Below, piece by piece: positions 41,101 to 49,741 of a stretch of 64,000 bases of DNA. Made by a program: the position numbers and the translations under genes. Location: NCBI RefSeq assembly GCF_044704955.1, contig NC_091984.1, positions 159,464,001 through 159,528,000 on the forward strand, written 5' to 3'. Source of the stretch: Pristiophorus japonicus (Eukaryota). Each line of letters opens with the position of its first letter. The first letter of the stretch is position 1. The notes beneath the pieces were generated by a model. It was given only the letters and a program-made list of their open reading frames with translations. It made no database searches and had not been told where the DNA came from.

Positions 41101-44021
41101 GGTTCCCCTGATAATCCAATCCCCACAGGGCAGTGTGTGCGGGGCTCCCCTGATAACCCAATCCCCACAGGGCAGTGTGTGTGGGGCTCCCCTGATAACC
41201 CAGTCCCCACAGGGCAGTGTGTGCGGGGCTCCCCAGATAACCCAATCCCCACAGGGCAGTGTGTGGTTCCCCTGATAATCCAATCCCCACAGGGCAGTGT
41301 GTGCGCGAAGCTCCCCTGATAATCCAATCCCCACAGGGCAGTGTGTGCGGGGCTCCCCTGATAACCCAATCCCCACAGGGCAGTGTGTGTGGGGCTCCCC
41401 TGATAACCCAATCCCCACAGGGCAGTGTGTGCGGGGCTCCCCAGATAACCCAATCCCTACAGGGCAGTGTGTGGTTCCCCTGATAACCCAAACCCCACAG
41501 GGCAGTGTGTGCGGGGCTCCCCAGATAACCCAATCCCCACAGGGCAGTGTGTGCGGGGCTCCCCAGATAACCCAATCCCCACAGGGCAGTGTGTGGTTCC
41601 CCTGATAACCCAAACCCCACAGGGCAGTGTGTGCGGGGCTCCCCAGATAACCCAATCCCCACAGGGCAGTGTGTGGTTCCCCTGATAACCCAAACCCCAC
41701 AGGGCAGTGTGTGCGGGGCTCCCCAGATAACCCAATCCCCACAGGGCAGTGTGTGGTTCCCTTGATAATCCAATCCCCACAGGGCAGTGCGTGCGGGGCT
41801 CCCCTGATAACCCAATCCCCACAGGGCAGTGTGTGCGGGGCTCCCCTGATAACCCAAACCCCACAGGGCAGTGTGTGCGGGGCTACCCTGATAATCCAAT
41901 CCCCACAGGGCAGTGTGTGGTTCCCCTGATAATCCAATCCCCACAGGGCAGTGTGTGCGGGGCTCCCCTGATAACCCAATCCCCACAGGGCAGTGTGTGC
42001 GGGGCTCCCCTGATAATCCAAACCCCACAGGGCAGTGTGTGCGGGGCTCCCCTGATAATCCAAACCCCACAGGGCAGTGTGTGCGGGGCTCCCCTGATAA
42101 TCCAAACCCCACAGGGCAGTGTGTGCGAAGCTCCCCTGATAATCCAATCCCCACAGGGCAGTGTGTGCGGGGCTCCCCTGATAATCCAAACCCCACAGGG
42201 CAGTGTGTGCGAAGCTCCCCTGATAATCCAATCCCCACAGGGCAGTGTGTGCGGGGCTCCCCTGATAACCCAAACCCCACAGGGCAGTGTGTGCGAAGCT
42301 CCCCAGATAATCCAATCCCCACAGGGCAGTGTGTGCGGGGCTCCCCTGATAATCCAAACCCCACAGGGCAGTGTGTGCGGGGCTCCCCTGATAATCCAAT
42401 CCCCACAGGGCAGTGTGTGCGGGGCTCCCCTGATAATCCAAACCCCACAGGGCAGTGTGTGCGGGGCTCCCCTGATAATCCAATCCCCACAGGGCAGTGT
42501 GTGCGAAGCTCCCCTGATAACCCAAACCCCATAGGGCAGTGTGTGCGGGGCTCCCCTGATAACCCAAACACCACAGGGCAGTGTGTGCGGGGCTCCCCAG
42601 ATAACCCAATCCCCACAGGGCAGTGTGTGCGGGGCTCCCCTGATAACCCAATCCCCACAGGGCAGTGTGTGCGGGGCTCCCCTGATAACCCAATCCCCAC
42701 AGGGCAGTGTGTGCGGGGCTCCCCTGATAACCCAATCCCCACAGGGCAGTGTGTGCGGGGCTCGTCTGATAACCCAATCCCCACAGGGCAGTGTGTGCGG
42801 GGCTCGTCTGATAACCCAATCCCCACAGGGCAGTGTGTGCGGGGCTCGTCTGATAACCCAAACCCCACAGGGCAGTGTGTGCGGGGCTCGTCTGATAACC
42901 CAAACCCCACAGGGCAGTGTGTGCGGGGCTCCCCAGATAACCCAAACCCCACAGGGCAGTGTGTGCGGGGCTCCCCAGATAACCCAATCCCCACAGGGCA
43001 GTGTGTGCGGGGCTCCCCAGATAACCCAAACCCCACAGGGCAGTGTGTGCGGGGCTCCCCTGATAACCCAAACCCCACAGGGCAGTGTGTGCGGGGCTCC
43101 CCAGATAACCCAATCCCCACAGGGCAGTGTGTGCGGGGCTCCCCTGATAACCCAATCCCCACAGGGCAGTGTGTGCGGGGCTCCCCAGATAACCCAATCC
43201 CCACAGGGCAGTGTGTGCGAAGCTCCCCTGATAACCCAAACCCCACAGGGCAGTGTGTGCGGGGTTCCCCAGATAATCCAATCCCCACAGGGCAGTGTGT
43301 GCGGGGCTCCCCTGATAACCCAAACCCCACAGGGCAGTTTGTGCGGGGCTCCCCTGATAACCCAAACCCCACAGGGCAGTGTGTGCGGGGCTCCCCTGAT
43401 AACCCAAACCCCACAGGGCAGTGTGTGCGGGGCTCCCCTGATCCACAGCCATAGCTTTGATGCAAACAGCGGTTCCAGCTGCTTCTCTGGCGGTTTGCGC
43501 CGGTGCAATTGTACCCGAGTGTGAGCTGCTGCCTTTTGCAGAGGGCGGGCGTCAACAGTGTTTCTGTTCAAAGCTTGCAGAAATGCTGAGGGACCTGTTC
43601 CTAACCAGGGGTACGGATGTGCACTTGAAGTGCCCTAACCTACAGGGCTACGGACCAAGAGCTGGAATATGGGATTATCCTGGATAGCCGGTCCGGACAC
43701 GATGGGCCGCAATGGCCTCCTTCTGTGCTGTAAATTTCTGTTGACTCTATATGGAGCAACTCCAGCTGACCAGTTAGATGTCTTTAACATTGATATTTGG
43801 AACCCTGGTGAGTGCTGAAGACTAAAACTCAGCACTTCGGGCTCAGTAAGAAAAATCTTCATTGGCTCAAATATATTTATTCTCATTTGCTTTTTTTCAG
43901 AATCCAGACTATAGTTGTGCACCCAGAGAAATATTGCTTCGGTTTATTTCCAGATCTCGTCATCTCGGTCTACAATGCTGTGAAGGACACCAAGTGGGTC
44001 AAACACTTTCCAACAGATTAA
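3480..44021 (+). CDS. RNASEL: 2-5A-dependent ribonuclease L; spliced CDS join(3480..5118,11118..11293,18359..18576,21866..21998,23619..23755,43901..44021), 807 aa
   Basis: All introns are GT-AG with consistent phases (1,0,2,0,2); total 2424 nt. Ankyrin repeats carry RNase L motifs ([35 protein letters not shown]). Pseudokinase motifs: [28 protein letters not shown] domain motifs: [21 protein letters not shown]. Exon boundaries fall where I recall them in human RNASEL. Confidence 0.95.
5517..6005 (-). mobile_element. CR1 LINE RT fragment
   Basis: Nucleotide similarity to the neighbouring CR1 RT (FADDTK region). Confidence 0.75.
6006..9565 (-). mobile_element. Degenerate near-complete CR1 ORF2 (APE endonuclease + RT + 3' tail)
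   Basis: Endonuclease motifs [23 protein letters not shown] (8592-9341). RT motifs [33 protein letters not shown] (6470-7344). Interrupted at 7402-8104. Confidence 0.92.
7402..8104 (-). mobile_element. Non-coding retroposon inserted in CR1, probably RTE-derived non-autonomous element
   Basis: Flanked by an 11-bp direct repeat cttttttaaat (7391-7401, 8105-8115). The - strand ends ...gagggactgccgatgattcttgatg, which resembles RTE 3' ends. No long ORF. Confidence 0.55.
9855..10292 (+). mobile_element. tRNA-derived SINE
   Basis: A-box-like tggctcagtttg and B-box-like gagttcaaacc near the 5' end; 3' tail aggcgcgatacaaatgcaagtt resembles the tails of copies at 44117 and 63494. Confidence 0.7.
11118..11293 (+). 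CDS. RNASEL: RNase L exon: DFD motif and activation segment
   Basis: tttccacag|AT GTT...; encodes (D)[58 protein letters not shown]. The donor CAG|gtccac is weak but in frame with the next exon. Confidence 0.88.
11752..16362 (+). mobile_element. Full-length but defective Gypsy LTR retrotransposon
   Basis: LTRs at 11752-11944 and 16152-16362, 5-bp TSD cggaa (11747-11751, 16363-16367), PBS-like actgccgacgag, PPT before the 3' LTR. Gag with CCHC knuckles, protease LDTGA, RT, RNase H (CDASSYGVG), integrase ([14 protein letters not shown]). Several stops and frameshifts. Confidence 0.95.
16363..17520. mobile_element. Two CR1 3' fragments joined head-to-head (- strand 11722-11751 plus 16363-16597; + strand 16598-17520)
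   Basis: Both carry the same 3' tail type (ccttccgtgctgtaaat.tctatgatt) pointing outward. The + copy encodes [15 protein letters not shown]...[11 protein letters not shown]. Confidence 0.8.
18359..18576 (+). CDS. RNASEL: RNase L exon: kinase-like C-lobe
   Basis: ctggacag|GCA; [17 protein letters not shown]...[10 protein letters not shown]...[11 protein letters not shown]; donor GA|gtaagt. Confidence 0.92.
18650..20955 (-). mobile_element. Degenerate CR1 LINE with internal deletions
   Basis: RT and endonuclease fragments ([28 protein letters not shown]) and 3' tail. Confidence 0.85.
20956..21466. mobile_element. Non-autonomous DNA transposon (MITE) fragments
   Basis: TA-preceded caggttgagcgtccgaaatccgga with repeated tccgga motifs (mariner/Tigger-like start), followed by a GC-rich segment ending caatttctgcccc. 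Confidence 0.45.
21866..21998 (+). CDS. RNASEL: RNase L exon: start of KEN domain
   Basis: ctccag|A AAG; [44 protein letters not shown]; donor AAG|gtagac. Confidence 0.9.
22935..23312. repeat. 53-bp minisatellite, about 7 copies
   Basis: Unit ccatggggtagattgtacatgggctggggaaggagattacattggggtggggt; period 53 (22991, 23044, 23097...). Confidence 0.95.
23619..23755 (+). CDS. RNASEL: RNase L exon: KEN catalytic core
   Basis: actttag|ATC; IDCDVLNNM...[25 protein letters not shown]; donor GA|gtatgt. Confidence 0.93.
25366..27815 (-). mobile_element. Tx1-clade LINE, internally deleted
   Basis: ORF1 remnants with zinc knuckle [14 protein letters not shown] and [12 protein letters not shown]; ORF2 C-terminus ([23 protein letters not shown]); A-rich 3' UTR. 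Endonuclease and RT are missing. Confidence 0.85.
27829..28520 (-). mobile_element. Probable retroviral-type solo LTR
   Basis: Starts tgtt on the + strand; the - strand has a TATA-like ttataa followed by aataaa, with duplicated ccaat-containing blocks upstream. No ORF. Confidence 0.4.
28662..31550 (+). mobile_element. Young CR1 LINE 3' part interrupted by the Tx1 stack
   Basis: DTKISGK...QRDLGFLVH at 28662-28888 resumes as [14 protein letters not shown]...GKWS at 30843-31460, then 3' UTR. Confidence 0.93.
28889..30842 (-). mobile_element. Four tandem Tx1-clade 3' insertions, each delimited by ttccttgtgcatg
   Basis: Site copies at 28876, 29168, 29460, 29748 and 30843. Three inserts are ~275-280 bp; one is ~1.08 kb and encodes the Tx1 ORF2 C-terminus ([11 protein letters not shown]...[17 protein letters not shown]...ITPGNQILI*). 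Confidence 0.92.
31696..43442. repeat. 11.7-kb tandem array of 42-bp and 38-bp variant units (roughly 285 units) with higher-order duplications
   Basis: Units ccccacagggcagtgtgtgcggggctcccctgataacccaat and ccccacagggcagtgtgtggttcccctgataacccaat; lies in the last RNase L intron. Confidence 0.98.
43590..43750 (+). mobile_element. CR1 3' tail fragment
   Basis: Same tail family as 17380-17520. Confidence 0.7.
43901..44021 (+). CDS. RNASEL: RNase L last coding exon
   Basis: tttttttcag|A ATC; [39 protein letters not shown]; resembles the RNase L C-terminal FPDLVIYVY...KHFP. Confidence 0.92.
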
Positions 44022-44116
44022 GCGCTCCTCCTGCCTCCAAAGGATTATCTCTTTGGTGGTTACACAGAGGATTGTTGAGTTATCAGCCAGAACCACATGT
44101 TACAATATTCAGAGAT

Positions 44117-44406
44117 AACTTGCATTTATATAGTGCCGTTCAGCTCCTCGGGTCACCCTATAGCGCTTCACAGCCAACTAAGTACTTTTGAAATGTATTC
44201 AGTTTGTTTTGCAGACAAACATGACAGCCAATTTGCACACAGCAAGGTCCCAAAAACAGAGACCGGGCCTCGGTTTAACTGTCACATCCAAAACCTGACA
44301 CCCCAACAGTGCAGCACTCCTTCAGTGTCAGCCTAGATTATGGAGTGGAGTATGAACCCACAACCTTCTTACTCAGAGGCAAGTGTGCTACTCACTGAGC
44401 CACAGC
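44117..44406 (-). mobile_element. tRNA-derived SINE
   Basis: The - strand begins gctgtggctcagtg and has a B-box-like ggttcatac; tail ends ctatataaatgcaagtt. Confidence 0.65.
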
Positions 44407-44429
44407 TGATACTAGAGAATTACATAAAA

Positions 44430-44830
44430 TCACAGAATTACATAGAATATACCGCACGGAAACCGGCCCCCATCGACCCAACCAGTCTGTGCTGGTGTTT
44501 ATAATCCACTCGAGTCTCCCCCCATTCCATCTACTCCATCTCAGCCTGTCAGCGTATCTTTCTAATCCTTTTTCCCCCATGCATTTGAGTGATTCCTGTG
44601 GTCACGAGTTCCACATTCTCACTGCTCTCTGAGTGAAGAAATATCTTCTTATTTCCCTATTGGACTCATCAGTAACTATCCTGTATTGATGGCCCCTAGG
44701 TTTGGGTTCTCCCACAAGTGGAAACATTCTCTCCACATCTGTCCGACCCATTCATCATTTTGAAGACCTCCATCAGGTCACCTCTGAGTCTTATCTTTTC
44801 TCAGGAAAAAAGCCCCAACCTGTCCAATCT
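44430..44830 (-). mobile_element. Old CR1 3' fragment
   Basis: Degenerate ttcttcactcagagagcagtgagaatgtggaactc motif and tail. Confidence 0.6.
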
Positions 44831-44939
44831 GTCCAGCAATCTCTGAGCCGTCAGGTCAGGAGTTTGAAACTAGCTGTAACTTCAGAACGTCGAACGCACG
44901 GCCTTTAGTTGCAGCACGGTAACTCTTGTACAGCAACGT

Positions 44940-46092
44940 GAAACGTACAGCCCCCATCCCCCATCCATACAGCCCCCTCCCCCATCACCCACCCTGAGAC
45001 GTACAGCCCCCTCCCCCATCACCCACCCTGAGACGTACAGCCCCCCCACCATCACCCAGCCTGAGACGTACAGCCCCCCCATCACCCACCTTGAGACGTA
45101 CAGCCCCCCCATCACCCACCTTGAGACGTACAGCCCCCCCATCACCCACCCTGAAACGTACAGCCCCCCCATCACCCACCTTGAGACGTACAGCCCCCCC
45201 ATCACCCACCTTGAGACGTACAGCCCCCCCATCACCCACCTTGAGACGTACAGCCCCCCCATCACCCACCCTGAAACGTACAGCCCCCCCATCACCCACC
45301 TTGAGACGTACAGCACCCCTCTCCCATCACCCACCCTGAGACATACAGCACCCCCCATCACCCACCTTGAGACGTACAGCCCCCCCCATCACCCACCCTG
45401 AAACGTACAGCCCCCTCCCCCATCCTGAGACGTACAGCCCCCTCCCTCATCACCCACCATACAGCCTCCTCCCCCATCACCCACCCGAGACGTACAGCCT
45501 CCCCTCCCCCATCACCCACCCTGAAACGTACAGCCCCCCCTCCCCCATCACCCACCCTGAGACATACAGCCTCCCCATCACCCACCCTGAAACGTACAGC
45601 CCCCTCCCCCATCCTGAGACGTACAGCCCCCTCCCTCATCACCCATCATACAGCCTCCTCCCCCATCACCCACCTGAGACATACAGCCTCCCCTCCCTCA
45701 TCACCCACCCTGAAACATACAGCCCCCCCCATCACCCACCCTGAGACGTACAGCCCCACTCCCCTATCACCCACCCTGAGACATACAGCCTCCCCCATCA
45801 CCCACCCTGAAACGTACAGCCCCCCCCCCATCACCCACCCTGAGACGTACAGCCCCCCCCTCCCCCATCACCCACCCTGAGACATACAGCCTCCCTCCCC
45901 CATCACTCAACCTGAGACATACAGCCCCCCTCCCCCATCACCCACCCTGAGACATACAGCCCCCCTCCCCCATCACCCACCCTGAGACATACAGCCTCCC
46001 CTCCCCCATCACCCACCCTGAGACGTACAGCCCCCCTCCTCCACCCGTACAGCCCCCCATCACCCACCCTACAGCCCCCATCACCCACCCTA
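44940..46092. repeat. C-rich ~30-bp minisatellite
   Basis: Unit catcacccaccctgagacgtacagccccccc with length variants. Confidence 0.95.
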
Positions 46093-46734
46093 CTGGGAAT
46101 TGAGACTGAGAGATTTTGGATGGAGTGAAGCCTGCGCCTCCCCGCCCCCACCACCAACAGCTTTTTGGGGAACAGAGTGCCAGAGTCCCACTGCCCTTTG
46201 TGTGGTGTAGTGTGTAGTGTGTCTCTGTGGGTGTTGGGGGAGGGGGGGATGTACGTCTCAGGGTGGGTGATGGGAGAAGGGGGCTTGCTGACATCACCCG
46301 AGAGTAAGAGTAAGTGTGACGGAGATGAGGGGGTGGCAGGAGACTGATTTGCAGCAAATGTAAAGTTGTTGAGTTAAAACTATTGCTCAGGAGGAAGTGT
46401 TCCTGTGCCACTGCTGAGAGTTACTGTGGGAGAGGCATTCACACAGCAGCTTCTGGGTCTGGGCTCCTGGTGTGTGAGTCAATGAGCAAGACAGGCTAGT
46501 GGTGGCTGCTTCCGCAGAGTAAAGGTTCCCTCACTATGGGCTGTAGATAGGAACTAACTAACATACCGTGTTTTGCCGTTCCGTGTTCATTGTATTCCGG
46601 TGGTGGGTATTAATTGGGGACGTGCTTGTGTTCATATATATGGGAGCAGGCTTGTGAAGGAAGAACTTACCTTGGGGTGCACAGGATGTAATGTGTGTCT
46701 CTGTGAATAAAGACTTCAGTATTCCTACTGGCTC

Positions 46735-49445
46735 GACTGGAAAGTACCCCCCCCCACACCATGCCCGTCCCCTCACCCATCGCCACACCGTCCCCACACC
46801 TATGCCCGTCCCACATCCGTTCCCCCCCCCCCCCCCAACCTCACACAGTCAGGGGGAGTTGCCCCCCCCTCGCACAGTCAGGGGGAGTCGCCCCACCTCC
46901 CCCACACGGTCAGAGGGAGTTCCCCTCCCCCTCCCAGCCTCACACTGTCAGGGAGAGTTCCACTCCCGCTCACAGCCTCGCACAGTCAGGGGGAGTCGCC
47001 CCCCCCCCCCCACCTCGCACTGTCAGGGGGAGTTCCCTCCCCTCGCACAGTCAGGGGGAGTCACCTCCCCCCACCTCGCACCGTCAGGGGGAGTTCCCTC
47101 CCCTCGCACAGTCAGGGGGAGTCATCGTCCCCCCCACACAGTCGGGGGAGTCGCCACCCTCTTGCATAGTCAGGGGGAGCCGCCCATCCCTCGAGAGGGT
47201 AGGACAGCTCCACCTGTGCCCCCCCAGGGGGTGGGAAAGAAGCCCTATCCATTGCGGGGGGAGGGGGAACCATGGATCCACAGCGTCACTCGTCGCCGAG
47301 CCGGGCATCCAGGAGGCTTGGGGGGGGGGGGGGTGTGGGTGAGGCCGATTGGGGGGGTGGGGGGGGTGCCAGGCCGATGGGGGGGGGGGGGCGCGAGGCC
47401 GATGTGGGGCGCGGGCGAGGTTGATGAGGCTGAGCTTATGCAGCCGCACCCTGACATCCCCCGGGTGTTGCTCGAACTGATCGATGATTTTAATCGAACT
47501 CCCATGCCCACCAGGGTGCTGGTGGGGAGAGGGAAATCCCCCCCCCCCCACCCCATCTCCGTCTCTCATGTTTGCCCCGGGTGTGTTGGGCAAACTCAGG
47601 ATGGCCTGAGGTGGAGGGGCCCCTAACTGCTGCCGCCCTCCTACCCAAGACCCCCAGAGCCCAGGGAGGACCTCTCTGCTGTCGATCCTGGGGGTGGGAT
47701 TGTGATAGAGGTGCGGCCGAGCTTCGCTGCACTCTGTGCGGTGTGCGGGTCGTACGCTGGCGATGACCCCCTGGGGGAGGACGGCCACTCGGTGGAGGGC
47801 ACTGGGACAATTTGAAGTCGGTCGCCAGTGAGGCAGTGGATGCTGATTTTGTGCCGTGTGCAGGGTGATCGGGCTGTGCTGTGCCCAACGCCCTTTGTTG
47901 GTGTAGTACAATCGGCGTCTGATCTCTGGTTTACTGGAACCTCTGTATAATGAGGGTCACACACGGCCCTCCCAAACCGCACCTTGGCTCGTCCATCCTC
48001 CATGCCTGCTGCTCCCCCCCTCACCCTCCTCCTCCGCACCCTCCCCCTCCTCCTCCTCCTCTGCACCTTACTCCTCCGCACCCTCCATACTCTCCTCCTC
48101 ACAATCAATGCAGCCCTGTACCTTTGGGAAGCCAGCAATCCTGGAGAAGCCCACAGCCCTGTCAGAGATTGCTTGGGCGGCCATGGGGAACTTTATGAAG
48201 TCATTCCTATGGCGTACAGTGCAGCCGTGACCTGGCGAATGGAGACATGTGTTGCATGTTGAGAGATGGCGCACACATCCCCAGTTGTAGCTTGAAATGA
48301 TCCTGAGGCATTGAATGAAAGTGCAACTGTAACCTTCACTTCAACTGACAAAGCAGCCCTCCTGATGCTTCTAGGTTGCAGGTCTGCTTTGACCAACTTA
48401 CAGATCTCACTTACAACTTCTTTGCGGAAACGCAGCCTTCTGACACAGTCTGCATCACTCAGGTGTACCCGGGGTGGGTAAGGCCTCCTGCCCAGCACCC
48501 TATGGGCTCTGATCTTCCTGATGCGATGAAGTCGAATCAATTGTCTCCTACGCAGCACCATGATGCAGAAGGCTCGCACAAGGTATGGCATTGTCAGTAT
48601 TGCCCCTATACTTAAATTTAACCTTTGAAAGAAGCTAAAACGGCAGGAAAGCAGGCAGCACAGGTTCGCAGTTGTATCTCTTTAGGTCTGTATGGATGGA
48701 CCACACCCAAAGGTCTTGTGACTTCTCCTCTCTCCCCCCCTCCCCTTGAGTCTTGTGACCTCTCTCCCTCCCCCTCCACGGGCTCCAAACCTTCTGATCA
48801 GCACCTCTCTCTACCTCTCCTCTCCTCTACCTGCCCCCAGCTTTTACTAATTGTAGTCTTGTGTCTCTCCCTCCCTGTCCCCGGGCTCCAAGCCTTCCGA
48901 TCGGCACCTCTCTCTCTCTCTCCTCACCCTCCCCCACCCACGGCTTGTTTTGTAGCCGAACCCTGAGCCACTGTGTCCGATTCTGCCGGACAAACCTACG
49001 ACCCTCCAGCCCTGCTTCAAGACGTTCGCTGATGGCATGTGAGTGAGTAAAAAAATGTGAAATCCAACAAATTTACACTTCTACGTTGACAGGTAAAAAA
49101 AAGTTGAACTTTATTACTAATTTTGACAGTGTTCTTGACTCCCTCCAAAATCTTCGATTTAAAAACAATGGCGTCTCTCAGCGCCGATTTGTCAATGTGC
49201 ACTGGTTTTCTTAACTCACCAGAAGGTTTTTCGGGAATGACCAGATACGCCGACCGAAGAGAAAAAAATATTGGCCAAACTGCGAACAATTGAAAAAACC
49301 AGCGCAGACAAGAGGGAACGTCAAAAAAAACTGGCTTAGAAAAATTGTAACTAAGTCAGTTACGCCGGCGCAGATCGCATGGGAAACTTGGAAAAAATAA
49401 ATACGCCAAAAAAACGGCGCAAATGACCGGAGAACATTGAGCCCC
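46735..49445 (-). mobile_element. Harbinger DNA transposon with internally deleted transposase
   Basis: 48193-48591 reads LSDADCVRRLRFRKEVV...LSVEVKVTVALSFNASGSFQ, then GFPKVQGCIDC joins directly to the acidic C-terminus, so most of the DDE core is lost. Putative end ggggctcaatgtt at ~49445; the other end is uncertain. Confidence 0.75.
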
Positions 49446-49499
49446 TTGTCCCCAAAAAGGATTGTGCGATGATCACTACTACCAATATAGTCATGCACA

Positions 49500-49741
49500 A
49501 TCTTGTCTGTGGGGGGGGGGGGGGGGATGTGCGCGAGGAATGTGTGTGTGAGGGGGGGTGGTGGGGTGGTGTGAGGGTGGAGTTTGTGTGTGAAGGGTGT
49601 GTGTATGGGTGAGGGGGTGTGTGTGGGTGAGCGGGTGTGTGTGAGTGAGGGGGGGTGGAGGGTGTGTGTGTATGGGTGGGGGGTATGTGTGTGTGGGTGA
49701 GGGGGTGTGTGTGAGGGGTGTGTATGGTGGGGGGTGTGTGT
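49500..49741. repeat. G/GT-rich low-complexity tract
   Basis: Interspersed (gt)n and poly-G runs. Confidence 0.85.

Noticed and set aside
31696-43442. Cryptic RSS heptamers (cacaggg, cacacac) in the satellite
   Set aside because: No nonamer at 12- or 23-bp spacing.
31691-43571. Very long ORFs (up to 1480 aa) on both strands
   Set aside because: Translations of the 42/38-bp satellite, open in several frames at once, with no domain or splice support.
46691-47911. Pro/Gly-rich ORFs of 193-311 aa
   Set aside because: Low-complexity GC-rich interior of the Harbinger remnant with short internal repeats.
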